Shown in pieces: positions 42,207 through 51,086 of a stretch of 64,000 nucleotides of DNA; position 1 is the stretch's first letter; every line of letters begins with the position of its first letter. Made by a program: the position numbers and the translations under genes. Origin of the DNA: Candidatus Sericytochromatia bacterium (GTDB lineage Bacteria > Cyanobacteriota > Sericytochromatia > S15B-MN24 > UBA4093); contig JAKFBU010000038.1 in assembly GCA_036676985.1 (NCBI GenBank), forward strand, positions 1 through 64,000, read 5' to 3'. The notes beneath the pieces were generated by a model, which did not search any database, was not told the origin of the DNA, and saw only the letters and a list, made by a program, of their open reading frames with translations.

Positions 42207-45194
42207 CTATCTCCTGTTCACGTTCTGGTCGATCCATTTGAGGCGCTCGCGAGCCTCCGCGCGCTCGGCGGCGGGCATCTTGGCGTTGCCCACGAGCAGC
42301 TGGTAGGTCTTGGTCGCGTCCTTCCAGCGGCGCAGGTGCTCATAGGCCTCACCCTGCTTGAGCCAGGCGAGGGCCTGCCACTCGGGACCGACGCCGGCGG
42401 GCACCTTGAGCTTGGCGAGCTCGTTGGCCGCGTCCTCGTAGCGGCGGGCCGACACCAGGGTGTAGCCGAGCCAGTAGCGCGCCTGGACCGCACTAAGTGT
42501 GCCCGCCCTGGAGGCCTTCTCGGCCTGCCGGTAGGCGACGGCGGCCTCGGTGAAGTTGCCGCGCTTGAGCTCGATTTGGCCGATGCGCAGGTAGGCCGCC
42601 ATGGCCACCTCACCCGTGCCGCCGAGTCGCTTGGCGAGCTCCTCGTAGGCTGTGAGCGCGAGCTCGTCCTTGCCGCTCTTGGCGTAGGCGGCGGCGATCG
42701 CGACCGCTCCCTTCAAGAGGGCCGGGTGCTTGGGCGACTGCTTGGCGAGCAGGGCGTAGACCGCCCTGGCCTCCGCCGGGTTGCCGGCCTCCAGGTACCG
42801 GTCGGCGAGCTCGGCGAGCCAGTCCACCTGGCGTGGGCCCGGGATGCGCGCGATGGAGTCGAGCGTCGAGAGCCCCGCCTCGGTGTCTCCCGCCTGGCGG
42901 TAGGCGACCGAGAGCAGGTATCGCTGGTCCAACGTCGGCTGGTCGATGGCCGACAGGGCCTTGACGGCGTCCGCGGGACGCTTCTGGTCCAGGTAGCCCT
43001 GGGCCGCGCGGTAGAGGGCGTCCGCCGCCCAGAGGGAGCCCGTGGCCTGGGGCAGCGCGATCGCCAGCGCCCCGTCGTAGTCCTTCTTCGCGAGCTTCGC
43101 CTGCGTCAGGGGATGCGCCAGCTCGGCGCGGTCCTTCTCCGGACGCTTGGTGTCGGTGTAGATGGCCTCGTAGGCGGCAATCGCCTTGTCCAGCTGGCCT
43201 GCGTTGTAGTAGGCGGCCCCGATCCGCGCCTCGGCCTCGGAGCGCTCCTCCGGGGTGGCCTTGGCGTCGGCGAGGATGGCCTCGAAGCGCTTCACGGCCT
43301 CTTCGAACTTGCCTAGCCGGAAGTGGGCCTGGCCCGTGAGGCTGCGCACGCGGTTGACCTTGTCATGGGTGGCGAGGCGCTCCTCGAAGCTCGCGCCCCA
43401 CTTGACGGCCTCGTCGTTCGAGCCGAGGCGGAAGCTCGCGTAGGTCAGCCCGTAGAGGACGTCCGGCAAGGCGTTGGCATCCAATTGGCTCGAGTAGAGC
43501 TGGTTGTAGGTGGCGTTCGCGCCCGCCCAGTCGTGCTGGTGCAGCTGCAAGGAGCCCAGGCGCAGGAGGGCATCCTGGCGCATGCCGCCCTTGAGGCCGG
43601 ACGAGGCCTGCTTGAAGGACTTGAGGGCCGCGTCGTAGCGCTGCAGCTGGTAGGCCGAGTAGCCCTGGCCGTAGGCCGCCTCGGCAGCGAGGCTCGAGCC
43701 CGGGTAGGCCTTGAGGAAGCGCGCGTAGAGGTTGACGGCCTGTGCGAAGTCCCCCGTGCGGTAGGTGGCCTCGGCGAGCCAGTAAAGGGCGTCCTCGCCG
43801 TAGCGGCTGTCGACCACGTCCTTGAGGAAGGAGGCCGCCGCCGGGTAATCGCCCGTGCGGAAGTGGGCGAGGCCCAGGCGGAAGGTCACGGCGTCGCCCT
43901 TGCCCTCGAGGAAGGTCAGGTCGCCCTCGGTCTTGGCCATGTCCGTGTAGACGGCGATGGCCTCGCCATACTTCTTGAGGGCCAGCAGGCTCTCGGCCAA
44001 GAGCCAGCGGGTGGGACCGCGCTGGGAGCTCTTGGGGTAGGTCTTGAGGAGCTTGCGCGCGTACTCCGCGCAGTCCGCATAGCGCTTGTCGTTGTACGCC
44101 AGGTCCGCGAGGCCGAACAGGGCGAGCTCCGCGTACTGGTTGGGTGTCGCGTCGGCCGCGGCCTTCTCGAAGGCGTCGCGGGCAGGCTCCGGAGCGCCCA
44201 GTTCCAGGTTCACGCGCCCCAGGGCGTAGAGGACCGCAGGGCGGGCGATGCTCTTGGAGTACTTGGAAAGCCAGCGCTCCAAGAGGGGCTTGGCGCCCTT
44301 GGCGTCGCCCAGCTGCCAGCGTGCATAGGCCTCGGCGTACTCGGCCGGCTCGCTCCAGCGGGTGCCGGGTTTGACCATGGCATAGGTTGAGCGCGCCATG
44401 CGCCAGTTGCCTGCCATGGCGTAGCCCTCGCCCGCGAGGAACTGGGCCCGGGCCACCAGCTCGGGGTCCGTGCTGTCCTTGGCGAGGGCCATGAGCTCGT
44501 CGGACGCCAAGAGCGGCTTGCCCAGTCTCAGGTACTGGTTGGAGAGCATGAGGCGGGAGGGCACGACCTGCGCGCTCTTGGGAAAGAGGCGCACCGCCTC
44601 GCGCCAGGACCAGATGGCCCGCGCCGGGTTGGCGAGCCGCTCGTAGCACCAGCCCATGGCGAATGCCGCATGCTCGCGGCTCGCGGCCGCGGAGCCCTCG
44701 TCGAAGACGCCCCGATACAGCTCGAGGGCGTCCGCGTAGCGCGTCCGCTCGAACCAGGCGTCCGCGAGCTCGAGCCGGAGCAAGTCCTTTTCGGGGCCCG
44801 TGAGCATGCCCTGCAGGGCCACGAGGAGGGCGTCCGCCCGGGCGTCGTCGCCCGCGGCCCGGTGCAGGGCGGCGAGCTCCTTCTGGGCCCGGGGGTACCA
44901 GAGGCTGTGCGAGGGAACGGACTCGAGGCGTTCCTGGGCGACGGGCACGTCGCCGAGACGACGCTCGACCACGCCCAGGTAGTAGCTGCCGCGGTGGCGG
45001 TCCTCGCCCAGCATGCGGGCCAGATCGTCGCGCAGCTCCTCGCGGGCCACCCGGTAGGCGCGCCGTTCGATCAGGGTCTCGAGGCGGCTCCAGTCCATCG
45101 GAGCCGAGGCGGCCCAGGCCGGGAGGCCGAAGCTGCTCAAGCCGATCGCGATCGCCAGCGCGAGGGGAAGGCGGTGTGTCGAGCGTTTTGCCAA
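42207..45194 (-). CDS. Large exported TPR-repeat protein
   Basis: Signal peptide (AWA); many TPR repeats over 995 aa. Confidence 0.88.
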   Translation of the reverse strand: MAKRSTHRLPLALAIAIGLSSFGLPAWAASAPMDWSRLETLIERRAYRVAREELRDDLARMLGEDRHRGSYYLGVVERRLGDVPVAQERLESVPSHSLWYPRAQKELAALHRAAGDDARADALLVALQGMLTGPEKDLLRLELADAWFERTRYADALELYRGVFDEGSAAASREHAAFAMGWCYERLANPARAIWSWREAVRLFPKSAQVVPSRLMLSNQYLRLGKPLLASDELMALAKDSTDPELVARAQFLAGEGYAMAGNWRMARSTYAMVKPGTRWSEPAEYAEAYARWQLGDAKGAKPLLERWLSKYSKSIARPAVLYALGRVNLELGAPEPARDAFEKAAADATPNQYAELALFGLADLAYNDKRYADCAEYARKLLKTYPKSSQRGPTRWLLAESLLALKKYGEAIAVYTDMAKTEGDLTFLEGKGDAVTFRLGLAHFRTGDYPAAASFLKDVVDSRYGEDALYWLAEATYRTGDFAQAVNLYARFLKAYPGSSLAAEAAYGQGYSAYQLQRYDAALKSFKQASSGLKGGMRQDALLRLGSLQLHQHDWAGANATYNQLYSSQLDANALPDVLYGLTYASFRLGSNDEAVKWGASFEERLATHDKVNRVRSLTGQAHFRLGKFEEAVKRFEAILADAKATPEERSEAEARIGAAYYNAGQLDKAIAAYEAIYTDTKRPEKDRAELAHPLTQAKLAKKDYDGALAIALPQATGSLWAADALYRAAQGYLDQKRPADAVKALSAIDQPTLDQRYLLSVAYRQAGDTEAGLSTLDSIARIPGPRQVDWLAELADRYLEAGNPAEARAVYALLAKQSPKHPALLKGAVAIAAAYAKSGKDELALTAYEELAKRLGGTGEVAMAAYLRIGQIELKRGNFTEAAVAYRQAEKASRAGTLSAVQARYWLGYTLVSARRYEDAANELAKLKVPAGVGPEWQALAWLKQGEAYEHLRRWKDATKTYQLLVGNAKMPAAERAEARERLKWIDQNVNRR

Positions 45195-45303
45195 GTGGCC
45201 CCCCTGAATGGTTCAAACCGCGCCATTCGGCGCGTCGTAGCTCATTATAGGAGGGTGTTGGGGGGCTGTAAAGGCGCCTAGGACGCCGCTATCGTCCCAA
45301 TGG

Positions 45304-46122
45304 CTAGGGGTTGGCGCTTCCGGGGGTGCAGGGATCCGAGCTCGTGTTGGGATTGGCCATGTTGACCAGGTACGAAACGGCCCACATGAGCGGCCCCGAG
45401 GTGGTCACGTCTCCGGTCTTGGCGTTGACGACCACCGTCGGCGTCCAGCTGCGGTCCTCGATGAAGACCCACTGCGGCCCGAAGCCCACCAGGTGGAGCA
45501 GGGTGGCCGTGACGTACTTGCCGGGCCGGTAGCCGGCGCGCTTGGCCCGGGCGTAGGCGTCGCGGGCCTGCCACGGGTGCATGTCGTAGGCGTCGCGCAG
45601 GATGAGGAAGGCGTCCTTGAAGTCGGACCCGTCGCACTCGACCCGCTCGAGGCGGTTGCGCGTGAACGAGTACTCGAGCCGGAGCTGACGGTTGGTCTTG
45701 GGCGAGTAGTAGACGTGCCGGACCTTGCCGAGCAGCGAGATGCCCCAGAAGCCCCAACCGACGTACACCTGGCGCGCGTCCGGCTGCCAGGCCCGGGCGA
45801 GCTCCTGGGCGCGATCCTGGGTGTCCCCGGGCAGGATCTGGACGGATTGGCCGCCCTCCTCCTCGGTGCCGAGGCTCATGAGGCCCTTGACCAGGCCGCC
45901 CCGGTCGCCGATGGCGCGCAGCGTCTCGAAGGGCAGCTCGGAGGCCGCCGCGGCGGGCCGGGTGACCGCGAGCGGCAGGTCGGCCGGAGCGTCCGGCAGG
46001 ACCGCGGCGGGAGCCGGAGCGGCCGAGCGGGGCGCCGCCAAGGGCGCGCTCGCCGGCATGGGCGCGCGCTGGCAACCGGCCAGGAGCAGCCCGAGCAGTA
46101 CGCACGCTTTCAGCTTCGCCAT
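45304..46122 (-). CDS. Hypothetical lipoprotein
   Basis: Lipobox LAGC, GGAGG RBS; C-terminal VVVNAKTGDV is PepSY-like. Confidence 0.7.
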   Translation of the reverse strand: MAKLKACVLLGLLLAGCQRAPMPASAPLAAPRSAAPAPAAVLPDAPADLPLAVTRPAAAASELPFETLRAIGDRGGLVKGLMSLGTEEEGGQSVQILPGDTQDRAQELARAWQPDARQVYVGWGFWGISLLGKVRHVYYSPKTNRQLRLEYSFTRNRLERVECDGSDFKDAFLILRDAYDMHPWQARDAYARAKRAGYRPGKYVTATLLHLVGFGPQWVFIEDRSWTPTVVVNAKTGDVTTSGPLMWAVSYLVNMANPNTSSDPCTPGSANP

Positions 46123-46210
46123 CCGCCCTCCAAAAGCTAAAGGGGAGGTTAACCGTTTAAGGAAAGGTTAACCTCAGGATAGCGAAGCCTTCGGAAGCTT
46201 GTCAATAGGC

Positions 46211-47572
46211 CTAGCGCTGGATGGCCTTGCTGGCGTCGAGGATGCCGTGGCCGTAGTAGACGGGGTCCGCCCCCCCGGCGGTCGCGGCGAGCAGGATCTG
46301 CTCCATGAGGGCCGGCTTGAGGGGCCCGTGCGCCGAGCGAGCGAGCGCCGCCACGCCCGAGACGTAGGCCGTGGCCATGCTGGTGCCGCCGAGGAACATG
46401 TGGGGCGCGGGCCCCACCTTGAAGCCCTGGTCCTCGTGGGGCAGGGCCTGGTTGCTCCAGGTGCTGAGCACCAGGTCGGTCTTGTGCACCACGGGCGTGT
46501 AGGTCTCGGGATCGAGGCCCATGCCGCCGCCGGGCGCGGCCACGTCGAGGTAGCCCTGGCCGAAGTTCGAGTAGAAGGCGTAATTCGTGGGGTTCTGGCC
46601 GTTGAAGGGGCCGACGGCTCCGACCACGATGCCGGTTCCGGCTTCGGCGGGCAGCACGAAGTGGCCGTCGATGGGGATCTGCTGGCCGAAGTTGCCCGCG
46701 GCGATCACGACCACCGCCCCGCGCGACTGCGCATGGCGGATGGCCGCGGCGTAGGCCCCCTTGAGCCGCCCGCCCGTCGCGTTCTTCTCCCAGAGCCCCT
46801 CGAGGCTCAGGTTGATGACGGAGGCGCCCTGGCTCACGGCGTAGTCGATGCCGCGGATGATGCCGTAGTCGTTGCCCTGGCCGGTGGCGTCGAGCACCTT
46901 GATGGGCAGGATCGTGGCCTGCGGGGCCACGCCCGCGACGCCGTACCCGTTGCGGGCGGCGGCGATGATGCCCGCCACGTGGCTGCCGTGCCCGTTGCGA
47001 TCCACGAGGTCCGGCTCGTGCGGCACGAAGGAGCGCCCGTGGGCGAGATCCAGGTTGGGAGCGAGGTCCTGGTTGGTGGCGTCCACCCCCGAGTCGAGGA
47101 CGGCCACGACGGTGCCGCGGCCCTGGAAGCCCGCCTCCCAGGCGGAGCGGACCTTGCCGACGTCGAGGCCCCACTGGTAGCCGGAGAGGGGCTCGCCCTC
47201 GGGGCCGGGCTTGGCGGGGAGGTCGGCGTCGAGCGACGTGTCGCTGGCCGCGGAGGCCAGGATCGTCCGGCCGAGCATAGGGCGCGGGGCGGTCAGCGGG
47301 GCGCTGTCCACCCCGGGCGTCTCGGCCAGGCGCTGCATGAAGTTGGGGTCGGTGGTCTGGACCACCATGCCGCCCAGGCCGTCCAGGCTCTCCGTCACCT
47401 TGCCGCCGGCGGCGACGATGGCCGCGGCCACCTCCTCGGGGCTCCGCGCGGGATCGGGGAGCACCACGTAGCTCGTGGGGGTGGCGGGAGGCGCCCCCGG
47501 CACGCTGCAGGCGGCCAGGAGGGCGGCGATCGCCAGGGGGGGAAGTCGGCGTAGCCTCTGGAACGTGCCCAC
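46211..47572 (-). CDS. S8 serine peptidase (lipoprotein)
   Basis: DSG, HGSHVAG, GGTSMAT; lipobox LAAC. Confidence 0.92.
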   Translation of the reverse strand: MGTFQRLRRLPPLAIAALLAACSVPGAPPATPTSYVVLPDPARSPEEVAAAIVAAGGKVTESLDGLGGMVVQTTDPNFMQRLAETPGVDSAPLTAPRPMLGRTILASAASDTSLDADLPAKPGPEGEPLSGYQWGLDVGKVRSAWEAGFQGRGTVVAVLDSGVDATNQDLAPNLDLAHGRSFVPHEPDLVDRNGHGSHVAGIIAAARNGYGVAGVAPQATILPIKVLDATGQGNDYGIIRGIDYAVSQGASVINLSLEGLWEKNATGGRLKGAYAAAIRHAQSRGAVVVIAAGNFGQQIPIDGHFVLPAEAGTGIVVGAVGPFNGQNPTNYAFYSNFGQGYLDVAAPGGGMGLDPETYTPVVHKTDLVLSTWSNQALPHEDQGFKVGPAPHMFLGGTSMATAYVSGVAALARSAHGPLKPALMEQILLAATAGGADPVYYGHGILDASKAIQR

Positions 47573-47668
47573 GCGATCTCTCCTCAAAAAAACACTCGAG
47601 CGATGACCCACCGGGGTTATACATCGCTCGAGCGTAGAGTTAACGAGAGAAACGAGGGTTATTTGGGC

Positions 47669-49126
47669 CTATTCGGCGTGCACCGCGTTGTAGACGTTGA
47701 GGCGACCGTGGCCGTAGTTCGCGTCGAAGCCCTTGGCGCCGAGGTCGTCGGCCGTCTTGTAGAGGAGCTGCGCCAGCTGCTCGGGCTTCATCTTGCCCTT
47801 CTCCGCGAGGACCAGGGCGGCGGCACCCGCCACGTGCGGGGCGGCCATGCTGGTGCCCGCCAGGTACATGAAGGGGCTCGGGCCCACCGGGAAGACGCCG
47901 AAGAGCAGCTGATCCAGGGCGTGGGTGCTCCAGGTGCTCAGGACCATGTCCTCCATCGCGACCGGGAAGACGCCGAACTCGGGGTCGTAGGCCACGCCGC
48001 CGCCGGGGGCGGCCAGGTCCGTGATCTTGCGGCCGTGGTCACTGTAGAGCGCCGGCGCGTCGAAGTCCTGCTGGCCGACCGGGCCCGTGGCCGAGACGCC
48101 CACGTTCTGGCTGCCGGCGTCGACAGGCAGGTAGACGTTGCCGGAGGTGTCCGCGTTCTCGCCGTAGTTGCCGGTGGCCGACACGACGAAGGTGCCCTGC
48201 TTGGTGGCGTAGTCGATGGCCGCGCGGAAGCCCTTGCTCATGATCTTGGCTTCCTTGCTGCCGACCGGGAAGCGGTCCTCGAGGCTCATGTTGATGACGT
48301 CGGCGCCCGCGTCGGCGGCGTAGACGATGCCCGCCATGATGCCGAAGTTGTCGCCAAAGCCCGAGGCGTCGAGCACCTTGACGCTGATGAGGGTGGTCTT
48401 GGGGGCCACGCCCACCACGCCGAAGCCGTTCTGGTTGGCGCCGATGATGCCCGCCACGTGGCTGCCGTGGCCGTTGAGATCCAGGACGCCGACCGCGGCG
48501 TCGGGGCCGTAGTCGATGAAGGACTTGGACAGCTGCGGGTCGAAGTTCTCTGCGAACTCGGGGTTGTCGAAGTCGATGCCGGTGTCGAGCACGGCCACCT
48601 TGACGGCGGGGCTGCCCAGCTTATCCTCGGCCTCGGTCTTGTCCGCGCCGATCTGGTTCATGTTCCAGCTGAAGCTCATGGTCCGGGGCTCGCTGCCGGG
48701 GGGCATCAGCTCGGCGATCTTGGGATTGCCGGCCGCGACCGAGCCGCTCAGGCGGAAGGCCTCGAAGTCCTTCATGGCGCCGTCGACGCCCTTGATGGCC
48801 TGGGCCTTGGCGAGGAAGTCCGCGTCCGTCGAGGCGACGCCGATGATGCCGAGCTCGCTGGGCAGGTTGCCGACCAGCTCGCCGCCGGCGGCCACCAGGG
48901 CGCTGGTCACCTGGGCGGCGTCAGCGTCCGCCTGCAGGCTCACGAGATACTGCTGCTTGCCCTGGTGCAGGGCGTCTCGCCGAGCCGGGGCCGCCTGATC
49001 GAACGAAGCGCCGGCGATCTGGCCGACCGAGGGGCGGTTGACGTTGGAGGGAGCGGCGTTGCAACCCAGCAATAAGGATGTTGCCAGCAGCGTGGGGATA
49101 GCGAAGCGACGAATAGAAGCGCTCAT
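47669..49126 (-). CDS. S8 serine peptidase (lipoprotein), paralogue of the adjacent gene
   Basis: DTG, HGSHVAG, AGTSMAAPH; lipobox LLGC. Confidence 0.93.
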   Translation of the reverse strand: MSASIRRFAIPTLLATSLLLGCNAAPSNVNRPSVGQIAGASFDQAAPARRDALHQGKQQYLVSLQADADAAQVTSALVAAGGELVGNLPSELGIIGVASTDADFLAKAQAIKGVDGAMKDFEAFRLSGSVAAGNPKIAELMPPGSEPRTMSFSWNMNQIGADKTEAEDKLGSPAVKVAVLDTGIDFDNPEFAENFDPQLSKSFIDYGPDAAVGVLDLNGHGSHVAGIIGANQNGFGVVGVAPKTTLISVKVLDASGFGDNFGIMAGIVYAADAGADVINMSLEDRFPVGSKEAKIMSKGFRAAIDYATKQGTFVVSATGNYGENADTSGNVYLPVDAGSQNVGVSATGPVGQQDFDAPALYSDHGRKITDLAAPGGGVAYDPEFGVFPVAMEDMVLSTWSTHALDQLLFGVFPVGPSPFMYLAGTSMAAPHVAGAAALVLAEKGKMKPEQLAQLLYKTADDLGAKGFDANYGHGRLNVYNAVHAE

Positions 49127-49261
49127 AGCACCTTCCTTTTTCGGTGAGACCGTACCTACTGGGCTCTTACCCTTGGTAGCTCACGATTTTCTCACGAAAA
49201 CGAAGATTTAATGAAGACTGAAAGCCGGTTAGCGGCCTCTTATCAATCGAGCGAAGGTCCC

Positions 49262-50599
49262 CTAGAGGCCCAGGTGCTTGCCCCAGAACCGGAAGGCCAG
49301 GACGGCGAGCAACCCGACCGTGCCCAGGCCGAGCAGACCGTAGATGGTCAGGATGGCGGCCTCCCGGGGGGGGACGGACCCGGTGGGGCGACCGGTCAGT
49401 TTCTTCCCTATATAGGAAAAGGCCCTGGCCTGGAGGTTGGGGAGGGCGAGCAGATCCTCCGTCAGGTAGTAGCCGTCCAGGCGGGCGAACGGGATGAGGT
49501 TGAAGGCGCCGGCGGCCACGCTGATGATGGCGAGGTCCAGGGCCAGGGTCCGTCCTCCGGTCGTGAGGGGCAGCCAGGCCCAGGCCAGCATGCACAGGGC
49601 GGCCAGGCCGAACTGGTAGTAAAGGCCCGCCAGGCTCACGGCGACTCGGCCCCTGAGTGACAGGCGATGGGCTTCGCTGGTGTCGCAGAAGCCGAAGGGC
49701 ATGCCGATGAACAGCATGACGCCCATCTGGCGCACGGTGGCCCCGAGGGCGGTGGAGACGGCCGCATGGCCGAACTCATGCACGGCCAGGGAGAGGAAGA
49801 GGAGCGCGTAGATGCGCCCCAGGTGCAGGGAGTCGTACTGGTTGGAGAGCGCCTGCACCTCGGCCATGACCTCCGAGGCATGCAAGACGCCGAGTGCGGC
49901 GGCCGTGAGGGCGATGGGCAGCCAGACCGCCGAGAGGAAGCCGAGCGAGCTCGTGGGCTTCAGCACCGGCAGGCACGCATGCAGGAGGCGGCTCGGGTCC
50001 CAGAGGGGCAGCCGCCAGATGAGCCAGTCGAGGCCGGAACGACGGCGGCCGGTGGCGGTGGGAGCGTCCGGATCCTGCAGGAGGCCGGCGTCCCAGAGCC
50101 GCGCCCCGAGGTCCGCGACCTGACCCGGCGTGATCAGCAGCCCCTGGGAGTGCCAGACGGCGTTCAGGATCTCGGCGTAGGTCCGGGAGGTGGCGATCGC
50201 CTCGGCCACCGCGAACTCGGCGGCATCGAAGCGCATGTAGACGCCGAGCGGGGCGACACCCGCCACGATGAGCTCGCGCTGTCCCTCCATGACCGGGCTG
50301 GTGCGCAGGTCCGGGTGCCATGCGAGGCGCTCCAAGGACGACCAAACGGGGTGTGCGGCCAGGCGCTGTGCCTCGAGGGCCGCATCGATCTGGGGCTTGG
50401 TACAGACGCCCGCCCCTACGAGCAGCTCCCCGAGCCGGGTTGACTCCCGTTTTTGTCGTTCCAGGGCAAACGACACGTCGTCGGAAGAGCAATATCCCTG
50501 CCTGATCAGCAGCTCACCAAGCCGAAAGACGCCTGGTCGGAACTCCAGGAAGGCCTCTGCGAGAGGAGGAAGGGGCGAGCCGCCTGAAAGGGTCGTCAT
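49262..50599 (-). CDS. M50 (site-2) metalloprotease with tandem MshEN motifs and an RRE/PqqD-like domain
   Basis: HEFGH and NLIPFARLDG; N-terminal RLGELL..G...AL..Q twice; wHTH-like middle segment. Confidence 0.82.
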   Translation of the reverse strand: MTTLSGGSPLPPLAEAFLEFRPGVFRLGELLIRQGYCSSDDVSFALERQKRESTRLGELLVGAGVCTKPQIDAALEAQRLAAHPVWSSLERLAWHPDLRTSPVMEGQRELIVAGVAPLGVYMRFDAAEFAVAEAIATSRTYAEILNAVWHSQGLLITPGQVADLGARLWDAGLLQDPDAPTATGRRRSGLDWLIWRLPLWDPSRLLHACLPVLKPTSSLGFLSAVWLPIALTAAALGVLHASEVMAEVQALSNQYDSLHLGRIYALLFLSLAVHEFGHAAVSTALGATVRQMGVMLFIGMPFGFCDTSEAHRLSLRGRVAVSLAGLYYQFGLAALCMLAWAWLPLTTGGRTLALDLAIISVAAGAFNLIPFARLDGYYLTEDLLALPNLQARAFSYIGKKLTGRPTGSVPPREAAILTIYGLLGLGTVGLLAVLAFRFWGKHLGL

Positions 50600-50793
50600 A
50601 AGGCTATCTTACCCGATCCCGAGGAAGGGGTACCCGGACCCTCGAAAGTTTGCAGGAATGTTGCACGATCTTCAAAGGTCCGCTTATTTCGCTCAAGTCT
50701 TGATTAAACCTGAGGTCCAGCTGTTAAGAAGCCGTATGGACGGGTAGGAAGGAAGTAACGGATGGGGTTCACAGTAAAGAGGAGGATGTATCA

Positions 50794-51015
50794 ATGCTTT
50801 CGAACACCAAACTCATCAGCTTCGTCAACCGCGTGGCCTCCGACAACGATCTGCGCGCTTCGCTGGATGCCGACTTCGAAGGCACCCTGAAGGCCAACGG
50901 CCTCGAGCTCACCGGCAAGGAAATCGAGTCGCTGCGCGCCAGCTACGGTTACATCCGCGGCGTCAACCCGACCGCTCTCGAGCGTCGCATCGCGGCCGCC
51001 GGTGGTAGCTGCTAA
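50794..51015 (+). CDS. Putative RiPP precursor (NHLP/Nif11-clan-like leader)
   Basis: GAGGAGG RBS; FVNRVASDNDLRASL...GLELTGKEIESL leader pattern; directly upstream of a radical SAM gene. Confidence 0.78.
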   Translation: MLSNTKLISFVNRVASDNDLRASLDADFEGTLKANGLELTGKEIESLRASYGYIRGVNPTALERRIAAAGGSC

Positions 51016-51038
51016 ACAAGGGTAGGTGGTATCTGCAG

Positions 51039-51074
51039 GGCAGGGGGCGCTTGCCCCCTGCCATTTTCGTTTTT
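51039..51074 (+). terminator. Terminator/attenuator between precursor and radical SAM gene
   Basis: GGCAGGGGGC-gctt-GCCCCCTGCC followed by ATTTTCGTTTTT. Confidence 0.75.
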
Positions 51075-51086
51075 AAAGGATCGCTC

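Noticed and set aside
51007-51075. Selenocysteine or read-through extension of the precursor with the hairpin as SECIS
   Set aside because: The stop codon is TAA, not TGA, and the hairpin has a terminator-like T-tract.
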